DNA of 64,000 bases, taken from the NCBI GenBank assembly GCA_024637395.1, contig JAGXFG010000009.1, positions 1,157 through 65,156 of the forward strand. The letters run 5' to 3'. Source of the DNA: Burkholderiaceae bacterium. GTDB taxonomy: Bacteria > Pseudomonadota > Gammaproteobacteria > Burkholderiales > Burkholderiaceae_E. Under the pieces are notes generated by a model. The model was not told the DNA's origin. It saw only the letters and a program-made list of their open reading frames with translations, and ran no database searches. The position numbers and the translations under genes were made by a program. Each line of letters opens with the position of its first letter. The first letter of the stretch is position 1. Shown piece by piece: positions 55,887-64,000 of the stretch.

Positions 55887-57212
55887 ATGAACCTCTTCAC
55901 GCTCGGACTCAACCATACGACCGCGCCGCTCGCGCTGCGGGAGCAGTTGGCGTTCCCGGCCGAGACGCTGGGCGCGGCGCTGGACGAGTTCGGGGTGGGA
56001 TTGCGCTCACTGTCGGCGGAAACCGCGATTCTGTCGACCTGCAATCGCACCGAAATCTATTGCGCGACGATGGCTCCGGAGCGGATCCGGCCGGCGGTTA
56101 CCGACTGGCTTGCGAACTACCGCGGGGTGCCCGCCGCCCAGCTCGACGAACACCTCTACGCGCTGCCCGACAACAGCGCGGTGCGCCACGCCTTTCGCGT
56201 CGCCTCGGGCCTGGACTCGATGGTGCTCGGCGAGCCCCAGATCCTGGGCCAGATGAAGGAAGCGGTGCGCATCGCCCAGGACGCCGGCGCGCTCGGCACT
56301 CATCTCCACCAACTGTTCCAGCGCAGCTTCGCGGTCGCCAAGGAAGTGCGCTCGAGCACCGAGGTCGGCGCCCATTCGGTCTCGCTCGCCGCGGCGTCGG
56401 TGCGGCTGGCGCGGCGCATCTTCGAGGATCTGCGCGAGTGCTCGGTGCTGTTCGTCGGTGCCGGCGAGATGATCGAACTGGCCGCCACCCATTTCGCCGC
56501 CCAGCACCCCAAGCGCATCGTGGTGGCCAACCGCACGCTGGAACGGGCCCAGCGCCTGGCCCAGCGCTTCAACGCGGAGACCATGCGCCTCGGCGATCTG
56601 CCCGAAACTCTCGAAGAGTTCGACATCGTGGTCTCCTGCACCGCCAGCTCGTTGCCGATCATCGGGCTGGGCATGGTCGAGCGCGCCACCAAGGCGCGGC
56701 TGCGCCGACCGATGTTCATGGTCGACCTGGCCGTGCCGCGCGACATCGAACCCGAAATCGGCCGCCTCGATGACGTTTTCCTCTACACCATCGACGACCT
56801 CGGGCGCGTCGTGCAAACCGGTGTCGCCAATCGGCGCGCCGCAGTTGCGCAAGCCGAGGCCATCATCGAGACCCGCGTCGACGCCTTCATGCAGTGGATC
56901 GCGGCGCGCCGCACGGTGCCGGCGATCCGTGAACTCCATGCCCGCGGTGACGCGGTCCGGAACATCGAGCTCGAACGGGCGCGCAAGGCGCTGGCCCGGG
57001 GCGACGATCCCAATGCGGTGCTCGAGGGCCTGGCGCGAGGAATCGCGGCCAAGTTCCTGCACGGCCCGACCACGCTGCTGACTGGCCCGGAGGAATCGCG
57101 CCAGGCGTTCCTCAAGCTGTTTGACCACCTGCTACCCGATGTCAGCGCGCACGCCCCCAAGGCGGAACGCGACCACAAGCCAGGGCCGGACTCAGACAAG
57201 CAGAGCTCATGA
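55887..57212 (+). CDS. hemA: Glutamyl-tRNA reductase
   Basis: [19 protein letters not shown]...[10 protein letters not shown]...[15 protein letters not shown]. Confidence 0.96.
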   Translation: MNLFTLGLNHTTAPLALREQLAFPAETLGAALDEFGVGLRSLSAETAILSTCNRTEIYCATMAPERIRPAVTDWLANYRGVPAAQLDEHLYALPDNSAVRHAFRVASGLDSMVLGEPQILGQMKEAVRIAQDAGALGTHLHQLFQRSFAVAKEVRSSTEVGAHSVSLAAASVRLARRIFEDLRECSVLFVGAGEMIELAATHFAAQHPKRIVVANRTLERAQRLAQRFNAETMRLGDLPETLEEFDIVVSCTASSLPIIGLGMVERATKARLRRPMFMVDLAVPRDIEPEIGRLDDVFLYTIDDLGRVVQTGVANRRAAVAQAEAIIETRVDAFMQWIAARRTVPAIRELHARGDAVRNIELERARKALARGDDPNAVLEGLARGIAAKFLHGPTTLLTGPEESRQAFLKLFDHLLPDVSAHAPKAERDHKPGPDSDKQSS

Positions 57213-58294
57213 AGCCCTCGATGCGCGCGCGGCTCGAGCAGCTCGCGCTCAGGCTTTCCGACCTCAATACCCTGCTGTCCTCACCCGACTCCAGCCGCGA
57301 CGCGGCCGAGTTCAGGCGCCTGCACCAGGAGCATGCCGAACTCACCCAGGCCGTCGATCACTACGACAGTTACCGGCGCGCCCAGAGCGATCTCGTGGCC
57401 GCCGAACAGATGCTCTCGGATCCGGAACTGGCCGAATTCGCTGCCGAGGAATGTGCCCGCGCCAGCGAGCGCAGTAGCACCGAGGTCGCCACGCTGGAGC
57501 GACTGTTGCTGCCCAAGGACCCCAACGACAGCCGGAACGTCTTCCTCGAAATCCGCGCCGGCACTGGCGGCGACGAATCGGCGCTCTTTGCCGGCGATCT
57601 GCTGCGCATGTACACCCGCTACGCCGAGTTGCAGGGCTGGAAGGTGGAGCTGGTCTCCGAGAGTGCGTCCGAGCTCGGCGGCTATCGCGAGGTGATCGTG
57701 CGCATCGCCGGCGACTCGGTCTACGAGAAGCTGAAGTTCGAGTCCGGCGTGCACCGCGTGCAGCGCGTCCCCGAGACCGAGGCGCAGGGGCGCATTCACA
57801 CCTCGGCGTGCACCGTCGCGGTCTTGCCGGAAGCTGACGAAGTCGGCGACATCGACATCGACCCCGACGAACTGCGCATCGATGTCTATCGCTCCTCCGG
57901 TGCCGGCGGACAGCACGTCAACAAGACCGAATCGGCGGTGCGCATCACCCATCTGCCCACCGGCATCGTGGTCGAGTGCCAGGACGACCGCTCCCAGCAC
58001 CGCAACCGCGATCGGGCGATGACAGTGCTGCGGGCGCGGCTGCTCGATCGGCGCACCAGTGAAGCCCACGAGAAGGAAGCGGCCCATCGCAAGTCGCTGG
58101 TTGGCTCGGGCGACCGTTCCGAGCGCATCCGCACCTACAACTTTCCTCAGGGCCGGGTAACCGACCACCGGGTCAATCTGACGCTCTACAAGATCGACCG
58201 GATCATCGGCGGCGAACTCGACGAAATCATCGACGGCCTGACCAACGCGCACCAGGCAGAACTGCTGGCCGAACTCGATGACGTCCGCGCCTGA
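57209..58294 (+). CDS. prfA: Peptide chain release factor 1
   Basis: Contains ...[26 protein letters not shown] (GGQ motif). The track translation ...CTVAVLPEA has no literal PxT at the expected site. The RF1 call (rather than RF2) rests on the absence of a frameshift site and on the hemA-prfA-prmC context. ATGA overlap with hemA. Confidence 0.96.
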   Translation: MKPSMRARLEQLALRLSDLNTLLSSPDSSRDAAEFRRLHQEHAELTQAVDHYDSYRRAQSDLVAAEQMLSDPELAEFAAEECARASERSSTEVATLERLLLPKDPNDSRNVFLEIRAGTGGDESALFAGDLLRMYTRYAELQGWKVELVSESASELGGYREVIVRIAGDSVYEKLKFESGVHRVQRVPETEAQGRIHTSACTVAVLPEADEVGDIDIDPDELRIDVYRSSGAGGQHVNKTESAVRITHLPTGIVVECQDDRSQHRNRDRAMTVLRARLLDRRTSEAHEKEAAHRKSLVGSGDRSERIRTYNFPQGRVTDHRVNLTLYKIDRIIGGELDEIIDGLTNAHQAELLAELDDVRA

Positions 58295-59147
58295 GCAGGG
58301 ACCGCAGTCGCCGCTCACCCACGACCAACTGATTCGGGACTGCCAACTGCCGCGGTTGGAGGCCAGGGCGTTGCTGGAGTGCGCCAGCGGGCGACGCCGC
58401 GAGTGGCTGATCGCCCACGGCGACGAACCGGCGCCGGCGCCGGTCGTGGCCGCCTTTGCCGCGCTGGCGCAACGCCGCCGGGACGGCGAACCGCTGGCCT
58501 ATCTGGTCGGCGGGTGCGAATTCCGCGGCCACCACTTCGCCGTCGACCCGGCAGTGCTGATCCCGCGCACCGATACCGAGACCATCGTCGACTGGGCGCT
58601 CGAACTGGCGCCACCATCGGCACGGGTGATCGACCTGGGCACCGGCAGCGGGGCGATCGCGATCACGCTCGCGCTGGCGCGCCCGGACCTTGAAATATGG
58701 GCAACCGACATCTCGACCGAGGCCCTCACGCTGGCCGCCAGCAACGCCGCCCGGCTGCTGAGCGCTCCCGCCAAAGGGGCCGATTCGATCGTCTGGCGCC
58801 ATGGCCCGTGGTGGGCGGCGGTCGAACCGGACACGCGTTTCGACCTGGTGGTCTCGAATCCGCCCTACATCCGGGCGGCCGACCACCACCTCGCCCTGGG
58901 CGACCTGCGGTTCGAGCCGCAAGCGGCGCTCACGCCTGGCCCCGAGGGCACCGAAGCGATCGACATCCTGATTGGCGATGCCCCCGCCCACCTCGCCGGT
59001 GGCGCCTGGCTGATCGTCGAACACGGTTTCGACCAGGCCGAAGCGGTCCGGGCACGCCTGCTGGCGTGCGGCTTTGAAGCGGTCCAGTCCCGGCGCGACA
59101 CGGCCGGTCACGAACGAGTCTCGGGCGGCCGATGGCCTTGCGTTTGA
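58278..59147 (+). CDS. prmC: Release-factor glutamine N5-methyltransferase
   Basis: [13 protein letters not shown] and VSNPPYI (NPPY). Overlaps the end of prfA. Confidence 0.93.
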   Translation: MTSAPEQGPQSPLTHDQLIRDCQLPRLEARALLECASGRRREWLIAHGDEPAPAPVVAAFAALAQRRRDGEPLAYLVGGCEFRGHHFAVDPAVLIPRTDTETIVDWALELAPPSARVIDLGTGSGAIAITLALARPDLEIWATDISTEALTLAASNAARLLSAPAKGADSIVWRHGPWWAAVEPDTRFDLVVSNPPYIRAADHHLALGDLRFEPQAALTPGPEGTEAIDILIGDAPAHLAGGAWLIVEHGFDQAEAVRARLLACGFEAVQSRRDTAGHERVSGGRWPCV

Positions 59148-59188
59148 CGGCATCGACCCGAGGTTCCTAGAATCAGAGTTCACAGGGG

Positions 59189-59521
59189 ATGCCCAAGATG
59201 GAAGTTAAGGAATTCATCCAGCGCACGGTCAGCGACAACCCGATCGTGCTGTTCATGAAAGGCTCGGCCCAGGCTCCGCAGTGCGGATTCTCGGCGCGCA
59301 CCGTTCAGATACTCGACGCCTGCGGGGTCAACAACCTCGTCACCGTCAACGTGCTCGAAGATGACGAGGTCCGCCAGGGCGTCAAGGATTACTCGAACTG
59401 GCCAACGATTCCGCAGCTCTACATCGGCGGCGAATTCGTGGGCGGCTCGGACATCGTCTACGAGATGTACCAGAGCGGAGAGCTGCAGAAGCTTCTCGCC
59501 AGCACCACGCCTGCATCCTGA
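59189..59521 (+). CDS. grxD: Monothiol glutaredoxin (Grx4 family)
   Basis: [18 protein letters not shown] (CGFS active site)...[18 protein letters not shown]. Confidence 0.95.
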   Translation: MPKMEVKEFIQRTVSDNPIVLFMKGSAQAPQCGFSARTVQILDACGVNNLVTVNVLEDDEVRQGVKDYSNWPTIPQLYIGGEFVGGSDIVYEMYQSGELQKLLASTTPAS

Positions 59522-59586
59522 GAATTGCCGAGCTGCCGGGTCGGTTTCCCGGCACTCGTCCCTTTTGCTGCCGGCGCCTGGCCTGT

Positions 59587-61374
59587 CTAGGTGCCAGCAG
59601 TGGCGCGCCCGGGTTCGCCGGACGCCGCCGATTCTCGTGAGGCCAGGCTCATAAAGGCCGCGTGGGTCGACGGGAATGGCGCGCCGCCGGAGGTGGCCGT
59701 GACCGCCGCGAACAGCGCGGTGCCACGCAACTTGTCGAGCACCGGACCGCGCATCTGCGCGAAGTGCAGCTCCCAGCCCTGCGACCGAACGTAGTGGTTG
59801 AGGCCTTCAAGCATCATGAGCGCGGTGGCATCGATGTGAACCACCGACGAAAGTTCAAGAACCAGATGACGGGCCAGCGGATGATGCGCGATCTCGGCGC
59901 GGATGCGCTCGTCGATCGGCACCACGTTGCCGAAATGCAGGTTATCGTCGACCCGCAAGGCCAGGATGGTGTCGTCGGTCTCGACCTGATGGCGGGCGAC
60001 ATTGCGGAAATGCTCGGTCCCGGGAACGCGCCCGACGACAGCGATGTGCGGGCGGCTGCTACGCCATAGCAGCGCCGCCAGGGTGAGCCCGATTCCGATC
60101 GAGAGTCCCGCTTCCACTCCCAGCAGGATCACGCCGAGCGCAGTTCCCAGCCAGGCAAGTCCGTCGGCACGGTCGTATTTCCAGTCGTGCCGCAGTGCCT
60201 TGAGATCAATCAGCGACAACACCGCGATGATGATCGTGGCGGCCAGCGCCGTGCGGGGCACACGTTCGAATACCACCGTGAAGCCGACCACGATCAGGGC
60301 GGTGATCCCCGCCCTGACCACGCCGGCGAGCGGGGTGCGGGCGCCGGCACTGAAGCTCGCGGCCGATTGCGACATGCTGCCGGCAACCGGAAACGCCCCC
60401 GACAGGGCGCTGGCGAGATTGGCCACACCCAGCGCGCGCAATTCGGCGTTGGGATCGATCCGTTCCATCCGGAGCCGGGCCAGTGACTGGGCAACCGACA
60501 CGCTCACCACGAACCCCATCAGCCCGATCACCAGCGCCGACATCATCAGCCTGGCGGTATTCGCGACCGATGGCAGTGCGAGATGCAGCACCGGGAATCC
60601 CTCAGGGATATTGCCGACCACCGCCACCCCTTCGCCGTGGTCGAGATCAAAGACGACCACCGCGAGGGTCGCCAGCAGCAGTACCATCAGCGGCACCAGC
60701 CGGGTCAACAGTTCAGCCAGAGGCAAACGCATTCCGGCCCTTTCCAGCCAGCGCGCCATGGAACGGCGCGCCCACCACAGCAGCGGCAGGGACAGCCCGC
60801 CCAGCAGCAGCGTCGCCGGGTTGAACTGGCCAACCTGCTCCACCAGCGACGTTCCCAGGTCGAAGGCGGTCTGCCCATACGGGGTGATCCCGATCAACGG
60901 CCCCAGCTGGCCGACCAGGATCAGCAGCGCCGCGCCAGACACGAAGCCGCTGATCACCGGTTCGCTCAGCAGTTGCGCCAGGAAACCCAGCCGCAGCAGC
61001 CCCAGCGTGAGCAGCGCCACGCCCGAGAGCAGGGCCAGAATTACCGCGAGCGCGATGTATTCGGGGCTCCCAGGCGCTGCCAGCGGGCCAATGGCGCTGG
61101 CGGTCAACAGGGCGACCACTGCCACCGGTCCAATCGCCAGCGTCATGCTCGAGCCGAGCAGGGCGTACGCCAGCAGCGGCAGGATGCTGGCGTAGAGCCC
61201 CAGCTGGGCTGGCAGTCCGGCCAGCACCGCGTAGGCGAGGCATTGCGGCACCACCATCAGCGTCACCACCAGACCGGCGAGCGCGTCCTGAGCCAGCCAC
61301 GCGCGCTGGTAGCCGCTCATCCAGTCCGGCAGCAGTCCTCTGCCCAGCGCCAGAATTTGTCTTGGTTTGTACAC
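59587..61374 (-). CDS. SulP-family anion transporter with a C-terminal STAS domain
   Basis: 595 aa. ...GYQRAWL..D..AGL.V....VPQ..AYA.LAGLP...GLY...; a STAS-like tail. Confidence 0.92.
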   Translation of the reverse strand: MYKPRQILALGRGLLPDWMSGYQRAWLAQDALAGLVVTLMVVPQCLAYAVLAGLPAQLGLYASILPLLAYALLGSSMTLAIGPVAVVALLTASAIGPLAAPGSPEYIALAVILALLSGVALLTLGLLRLGFLAQLLSEPVISGFVSGAALLILVGQLGPLIGITPYGQTAFDLGTSLVEQVGQFNPATLLLGGLSLPLLWWARRSMARWLERAGMRLPLAELLTRLVPLMVLLLATLAVVVFDLDHGEGVAVVGNIPEGFPVLHLALPSVANTARLMMSALVIGLMGFVVSVSVAQSLARLRMERIDPNAELRALGVANLASALSGAFPVAGSMSQSAASFSAGARTPLAGVVRAGITALIVVGFTVVFERVPRTALAATIIIAVLSLIDLKALRHDWKYDRADGLAWLGTALGVILLGVEAGLSIGIGLTLAALLWRSSRPHIAVVGRVPGTEHFRNVARHQVETDDTILALRVDDNLHFGNVVPIDERIRAEIAHHPLARHLVLELSSVVHIDATALMMLEGLNHYVRSQGWELHFAQMRGPVLDKLRGTALFAAVTATSGGAPFPSTHAAFMSLASRESAASGEPGRATAGT

Positions 61375-61421
61375 AGCGCCAAGTATAGGGACGGTTGGCC
61401 CCCGACCGGTACAATTGGCTC

Positions 61422-62027
61422 ATGGGACCGCGCCGATTGATCCTGGCAATTTCCGGAGCCTCGGGGGCTTCGTATGGGGTGCGCCTGCTCGAATTGCTCC
61501 ACCAACAGCCGGTTGAAACCCATCTCGTCGTTTCGCCGTCGGGCTGGATCAACATCGACCATGAAACCGGTCGCGACCGCGCGGCACTCGAGGCCCTGGC
61601 CGAATTCGTCCACGACCCGCGCGACATTGGCGCCACCATTGCCTCGGGTTCCTTCGGCGCTGCCGGGATGATCGTCGCGCCCTGCTCGATGAAGACCCTG
61701 GCTTCGATCGCACATGGCTTCGCCGACAATCTCATCGCGCGCGCCGCCGACGTCACGCTCAAGGAGCGGCGCCGCCTGGTGCTGATGGTGCGCGAAACCC
61801 CGCTGCACCTTGGGCACCTGCGCAACATGACCGCCGCCACCGAGATAGGCGCGATAGTCTTCCCGCCAGTCCCGGCCCTTTACCACCGACCGCAGACGAT
61901 CGCCGAGATGATTGACCACAGCTGTGCCCGGGTGCTGGCCTTGCTGGATATCGAGGTTGCCGCCGCGGCACATTGGGGCGGGCTGCCAGACGCCGGCGAA
62001 GGGCCTGCCACCGGAGGGAAAGCATGA
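61422..62027 (+). CDS. ubiX: Flavin prenyltransferase
   Basis: RRLILAISGASGASYGVRLLE.L...; ...APCSMKTLA.IA.G.ADNL..RAADV.LKERR.LVL..RETPL. The start at 61422 is inside the track ORF. Confidence 0.93.
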   Translation: MGPRRLILAISGASGASYGVRLLELLHQQPVETHLVVSPSGWINIDHETGRDRAALEALAEFVHDPRDIGATIASGSFGAAGMIVAPCSMKTLASIAHGFADNLIARAADVTLKERRRLVLMVRETPLHLGHLRNMTAATEIGAIVFPPVPALYHRPQTIAEMIDHSCARVLALLDIEVAAAAHWGGLPDAGEGPATGGKA

Positions 62028-62452
62028 AAATACTGGTCGGGATCGACGGCTCCAGGAACGCGTTGCGGGCACTGCGCTTCGCCATCCGGCTGCTGCGCCG
62101 AATGGATGGCCACAACCGCTCGCTGACCCTGCTGAGCGTCCACGACGACACCGCATTGCGCTCGGCCAGCCATTTTGTCGGCCGTGAAGCGGTCGATGAC
62201 TACCTCAGCGATCTGTCTCAGGCTGATCTCGCGCCGGCGATCGCGCTGGCCGCCAAATCAGGTCTGAGCTACGAGGCAATCGAGGGCCGGGGCCCGATCT
62301 CGGCCATCATCACGGACACCGCCAGGGATGGCAAGTTCGACCTGATCGTGCTGGGATCCAAGGGCAGCTCCGGCATCAGGAGCATCCTGCTGGGTTCCAT
62401 AGCCCAGCGCGTGGCGACCCTTTCCGACGTCCCGGTGACGCTGATCAAATAG
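62024..62452 (+). CDS. Universal stress protein (UspA family)
   Basis: MKILVGIDGS..........DLIVLGSKG.SGI....LGS.A..V......PV.LIK. ATGA overlap with ubiX. GGAGGG RBS. Confidence 0.9.
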   Translation: MKILVGIDGSRNALRALRFAIRLLRRMDGHNRSLTLLSVHDDTALRSASHFVGREAVDDYLSDLSQADLAPAIALAAKSGLSYEAIEGRGPISAIITDTARDGKFDLIVLGSKGSSGIRSILLGSIAQRVATLSDVPVTLIK

Positions 62453-62489
62453 CTCCGCCAACAACAACTACCGGTGAGAAGACACAAGC

Positions 62490-62861
62490 ATGATGCGAAT
62501 TCTATTGGTGTGGGGCATCAACGCGGGCAGCCTGCTGCTGTTGCCGATGATCATGCCTGCCGTGCAGGTCGCGAGCTTCGGCACCGCGCTGGTGGTCGCC
62601 GTGGTGCTGGGGCTGCTCAACGCCGTGCTACGCCCGGTGCTGATCCTGCTCACGCTGCCGATCAACCTGCTGACACTGGGACTGTTCATCCTGGTGATCA
62701 ACGGCCTGATGTTCTGGCTGGCCGCCAACTTCCTCGAGGGCTTCACGGTCAGCAGCTTCGGCTGGGCCATTGGCGCCGCCCTGCTCTATAGCGTTATCAG
62801 CTGGGCGCTCAGCTCGCTGCTGATGCCGCGCCCGCCGCCGGTCCAGCGCAGGCGCGACTAG
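62490..62861 (+). CDS. DUF360 / phage-holin-4-like small membrane protein
   Basis: 123 aa with 3-4 TM helices. ...FGTALVVAVVLGLLNAVLRPVLILLTLPINLLTLGLF..VING. Confidence 0.8.
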   Translation: MMRILLVWGINAGSLLLLPMIMPAVQVASFGTALVVAVVLGLLNAVLRPVLILLTLPINLLTLGLFILVINGLMFWLAANFLEGFTVSSFGWAIGAALLYSVISWALSSLLMPRPPPVQRRRD

Positions 62862-64000
62862 AAGCCGACCGCCTGGCCGTCGCGGCGGTGGTCGGACCCG
62901 GCCGCATAACCGTCAGCCAGATTCTCCGATAGCCGGGCTATCGCCTGCGCACTGCCGAAATCGAGGCTGTCAGCCGGCATCACGGTGACTTCGTGGCCAA
63001 GCGCCTCGAGGCCCCTGACGGTTGCCTCCGGCACCCCTGCCTCGACGGTCAAGACGCCGTTGTCGTTGATCCGCCAGCGCGGCCCGTCAGAGCAAGCCTG
63101 GACGTTGTTGCCGTCGTCGATGAAACGCATCGCCACCTGCAAATGGCCCTGTGGCTGCATATTGCCGCCCATCACCCCAAAGGCCATCACCGGCTCGCCG
63201 TCGCGGCTGATGAACGCCGGGATGATGGTATGAAAAGGACGCTTGCGCGGCCCCACCTGGTTGGGGTGGCCGCTCGCCAGCGAAAACCCCGAGCCGCGGT
63301 TGTGCAACGCGATCCCGGTGCCGGGCACCACCACGCCCGAGCCGAAGCCCTTGAAATTCGACTGGATCATCGAGACCATCCGCCCCTGGGCATCGGCCGC
63401 ACAGAGGTAGACCGTCCCGCCGCTCGGCGGCGCCCCCGCCCCGTAGCTCCCGGCACGCCGGCTATCGATAAGCCGCGCGCGCTGCACCAGGTAGCCGTCA
63501 TCGAGCAGCGCCCCGGGGGACACGCGCATGTGGGCAGAATCGGCGACGTGGGCGGCGCCATCGGCAATGGCCAGCCGCATCGCCTCGACCTGCAGGTGCA
63601 ATCGCTCGGCGGAATCCGGCTGTGTTGCCGCCACAGGCAGATGGGCCAGCATCCCCAATGCCATCAATGCCGTGATCCCGGCGCCATTGGGCGGAATCTC
63701 GTGCAGCGTGTAGCCGCGATACTGGTGAGCCAGCGGCTCGACCCAGTCGACACAATGGCTGGCCAGGTCATCCTGATCGAGCGCGCCACCGGTCTGGCGA
63801 GCGTACTCGGCGATCAGCCGGGCCAGCCGGCCGCGATAGAAGGATTCGCCGCGCGTTAGCGCGATGTCCTCAAGCGTGTCTGCCTGGTCGCCAAAGCGCC
63901 AGCTCATTCCCGCCCGCAGCGCTTCGCCATTGGGCAGGAAAGCCTCGGCAAAGCCGGGCTGGCCGCGCAACTGCGGTGCCGCGTTCTGCCACTGCCGCGC
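62858..64000 (-). CDS. ggt: Gamma-glutamyltransferase (C-terminal about 380 aa; the 5' end lies beyond the right edge)
   Basis: ...GGTVYLCAADAQGRMVSMIQS (autoprocessing Thr context)...PRKRPFHTIIPAF...FGVMGG.MQPQGH.Q. The frame stays open to position 64000. Confidence 0.9.
   Translation of the reverse strand, partial: ARQWQNAAPQLRGQPGFAEAFLPNGEALRAGMSWRFGDQADTLEDIALTRGESFYRGRLARLIAEYARQTGGALDQDDLASHCVDWVEPLAHQYRGYTLHEIPPNGAGITALMALGMLAHLPVAATQPDSAERLHLQVEAMRLAIADGAAHVADSAHMRVSPGALLDDGYLVQRARLIDSRRAGSYGAGAPPSGGTVYLCAADAQGRMVSMIQSNFKGFGSGVVVPGTGIALHNRGSGFSLASGHPNQVGPRKRPFHTIIPAFISRDGEPVMAFGVMGGNMQPQGHLQVAMRFIDDGNNVQACSDGPRWRINDNGVLTVEAGVPEATVRGLEALGHEVTVMPADSLDFGSAQAIARLSENLADGYAAGSDHRRDGQAVGF

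Overview
This is a 64-kb segment of a high-GC Gram-negative chromosome. Gene content and local synteny look betaproteobacterial, though I cannot prove that without a database search. The supporting gene orders are proS-rppH-CNP1-like, hemA-prfA-prmC-grxD, DUF971-ubiE-Tim44-like, potFGHI and a Liv-type ABC locus. There are about 60 densely packed protein genes, many with 4-nt start/stop overlaps. I saw no rRNA, tRNA or CRISPR array. Most long ORFs in the track that lie antisense to these genes are GC-composition artefacts.

Two stretches look accessory by eye, with lower GC and unusual content.

(i) 1-7729 is a co-directional minus-strand island. It contains:
- two complete PEP-CTERM (exosortase-sorted) secreted proteins, plus the start of a third secreted protein;
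- a PEP-CTERM-associated N-acyl amino acid synthase;
- a tightly abutted ThiF/E1-like adenylyltransferase and two-lobed nitroreductase pair;
- at least one strong sigma-54-type promoter;
- a ~0.9-kb spacer with two orphan hairpins and two overlapping small ORFs;
- a ~490-nt internally deleted group IIC intron lying directly behind an intrinsic terminator;
- a truncated molybdopterin-oxidoreductase stub at the right edge.
No exosortase gene is in the window.

(ii) 41556-43841 is a three-gene insert: an orphan protein, an FkbM methyltransferase and a DxD glycosyltransferase-like protein.

The most novel candidate is the island's combination of exosortase substrates, an N-acyl amino acid synthase and the E1-like/nitroreductase pair. 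All functional calls come from reading motifs in the translated ORFs. No searches or computations were run.
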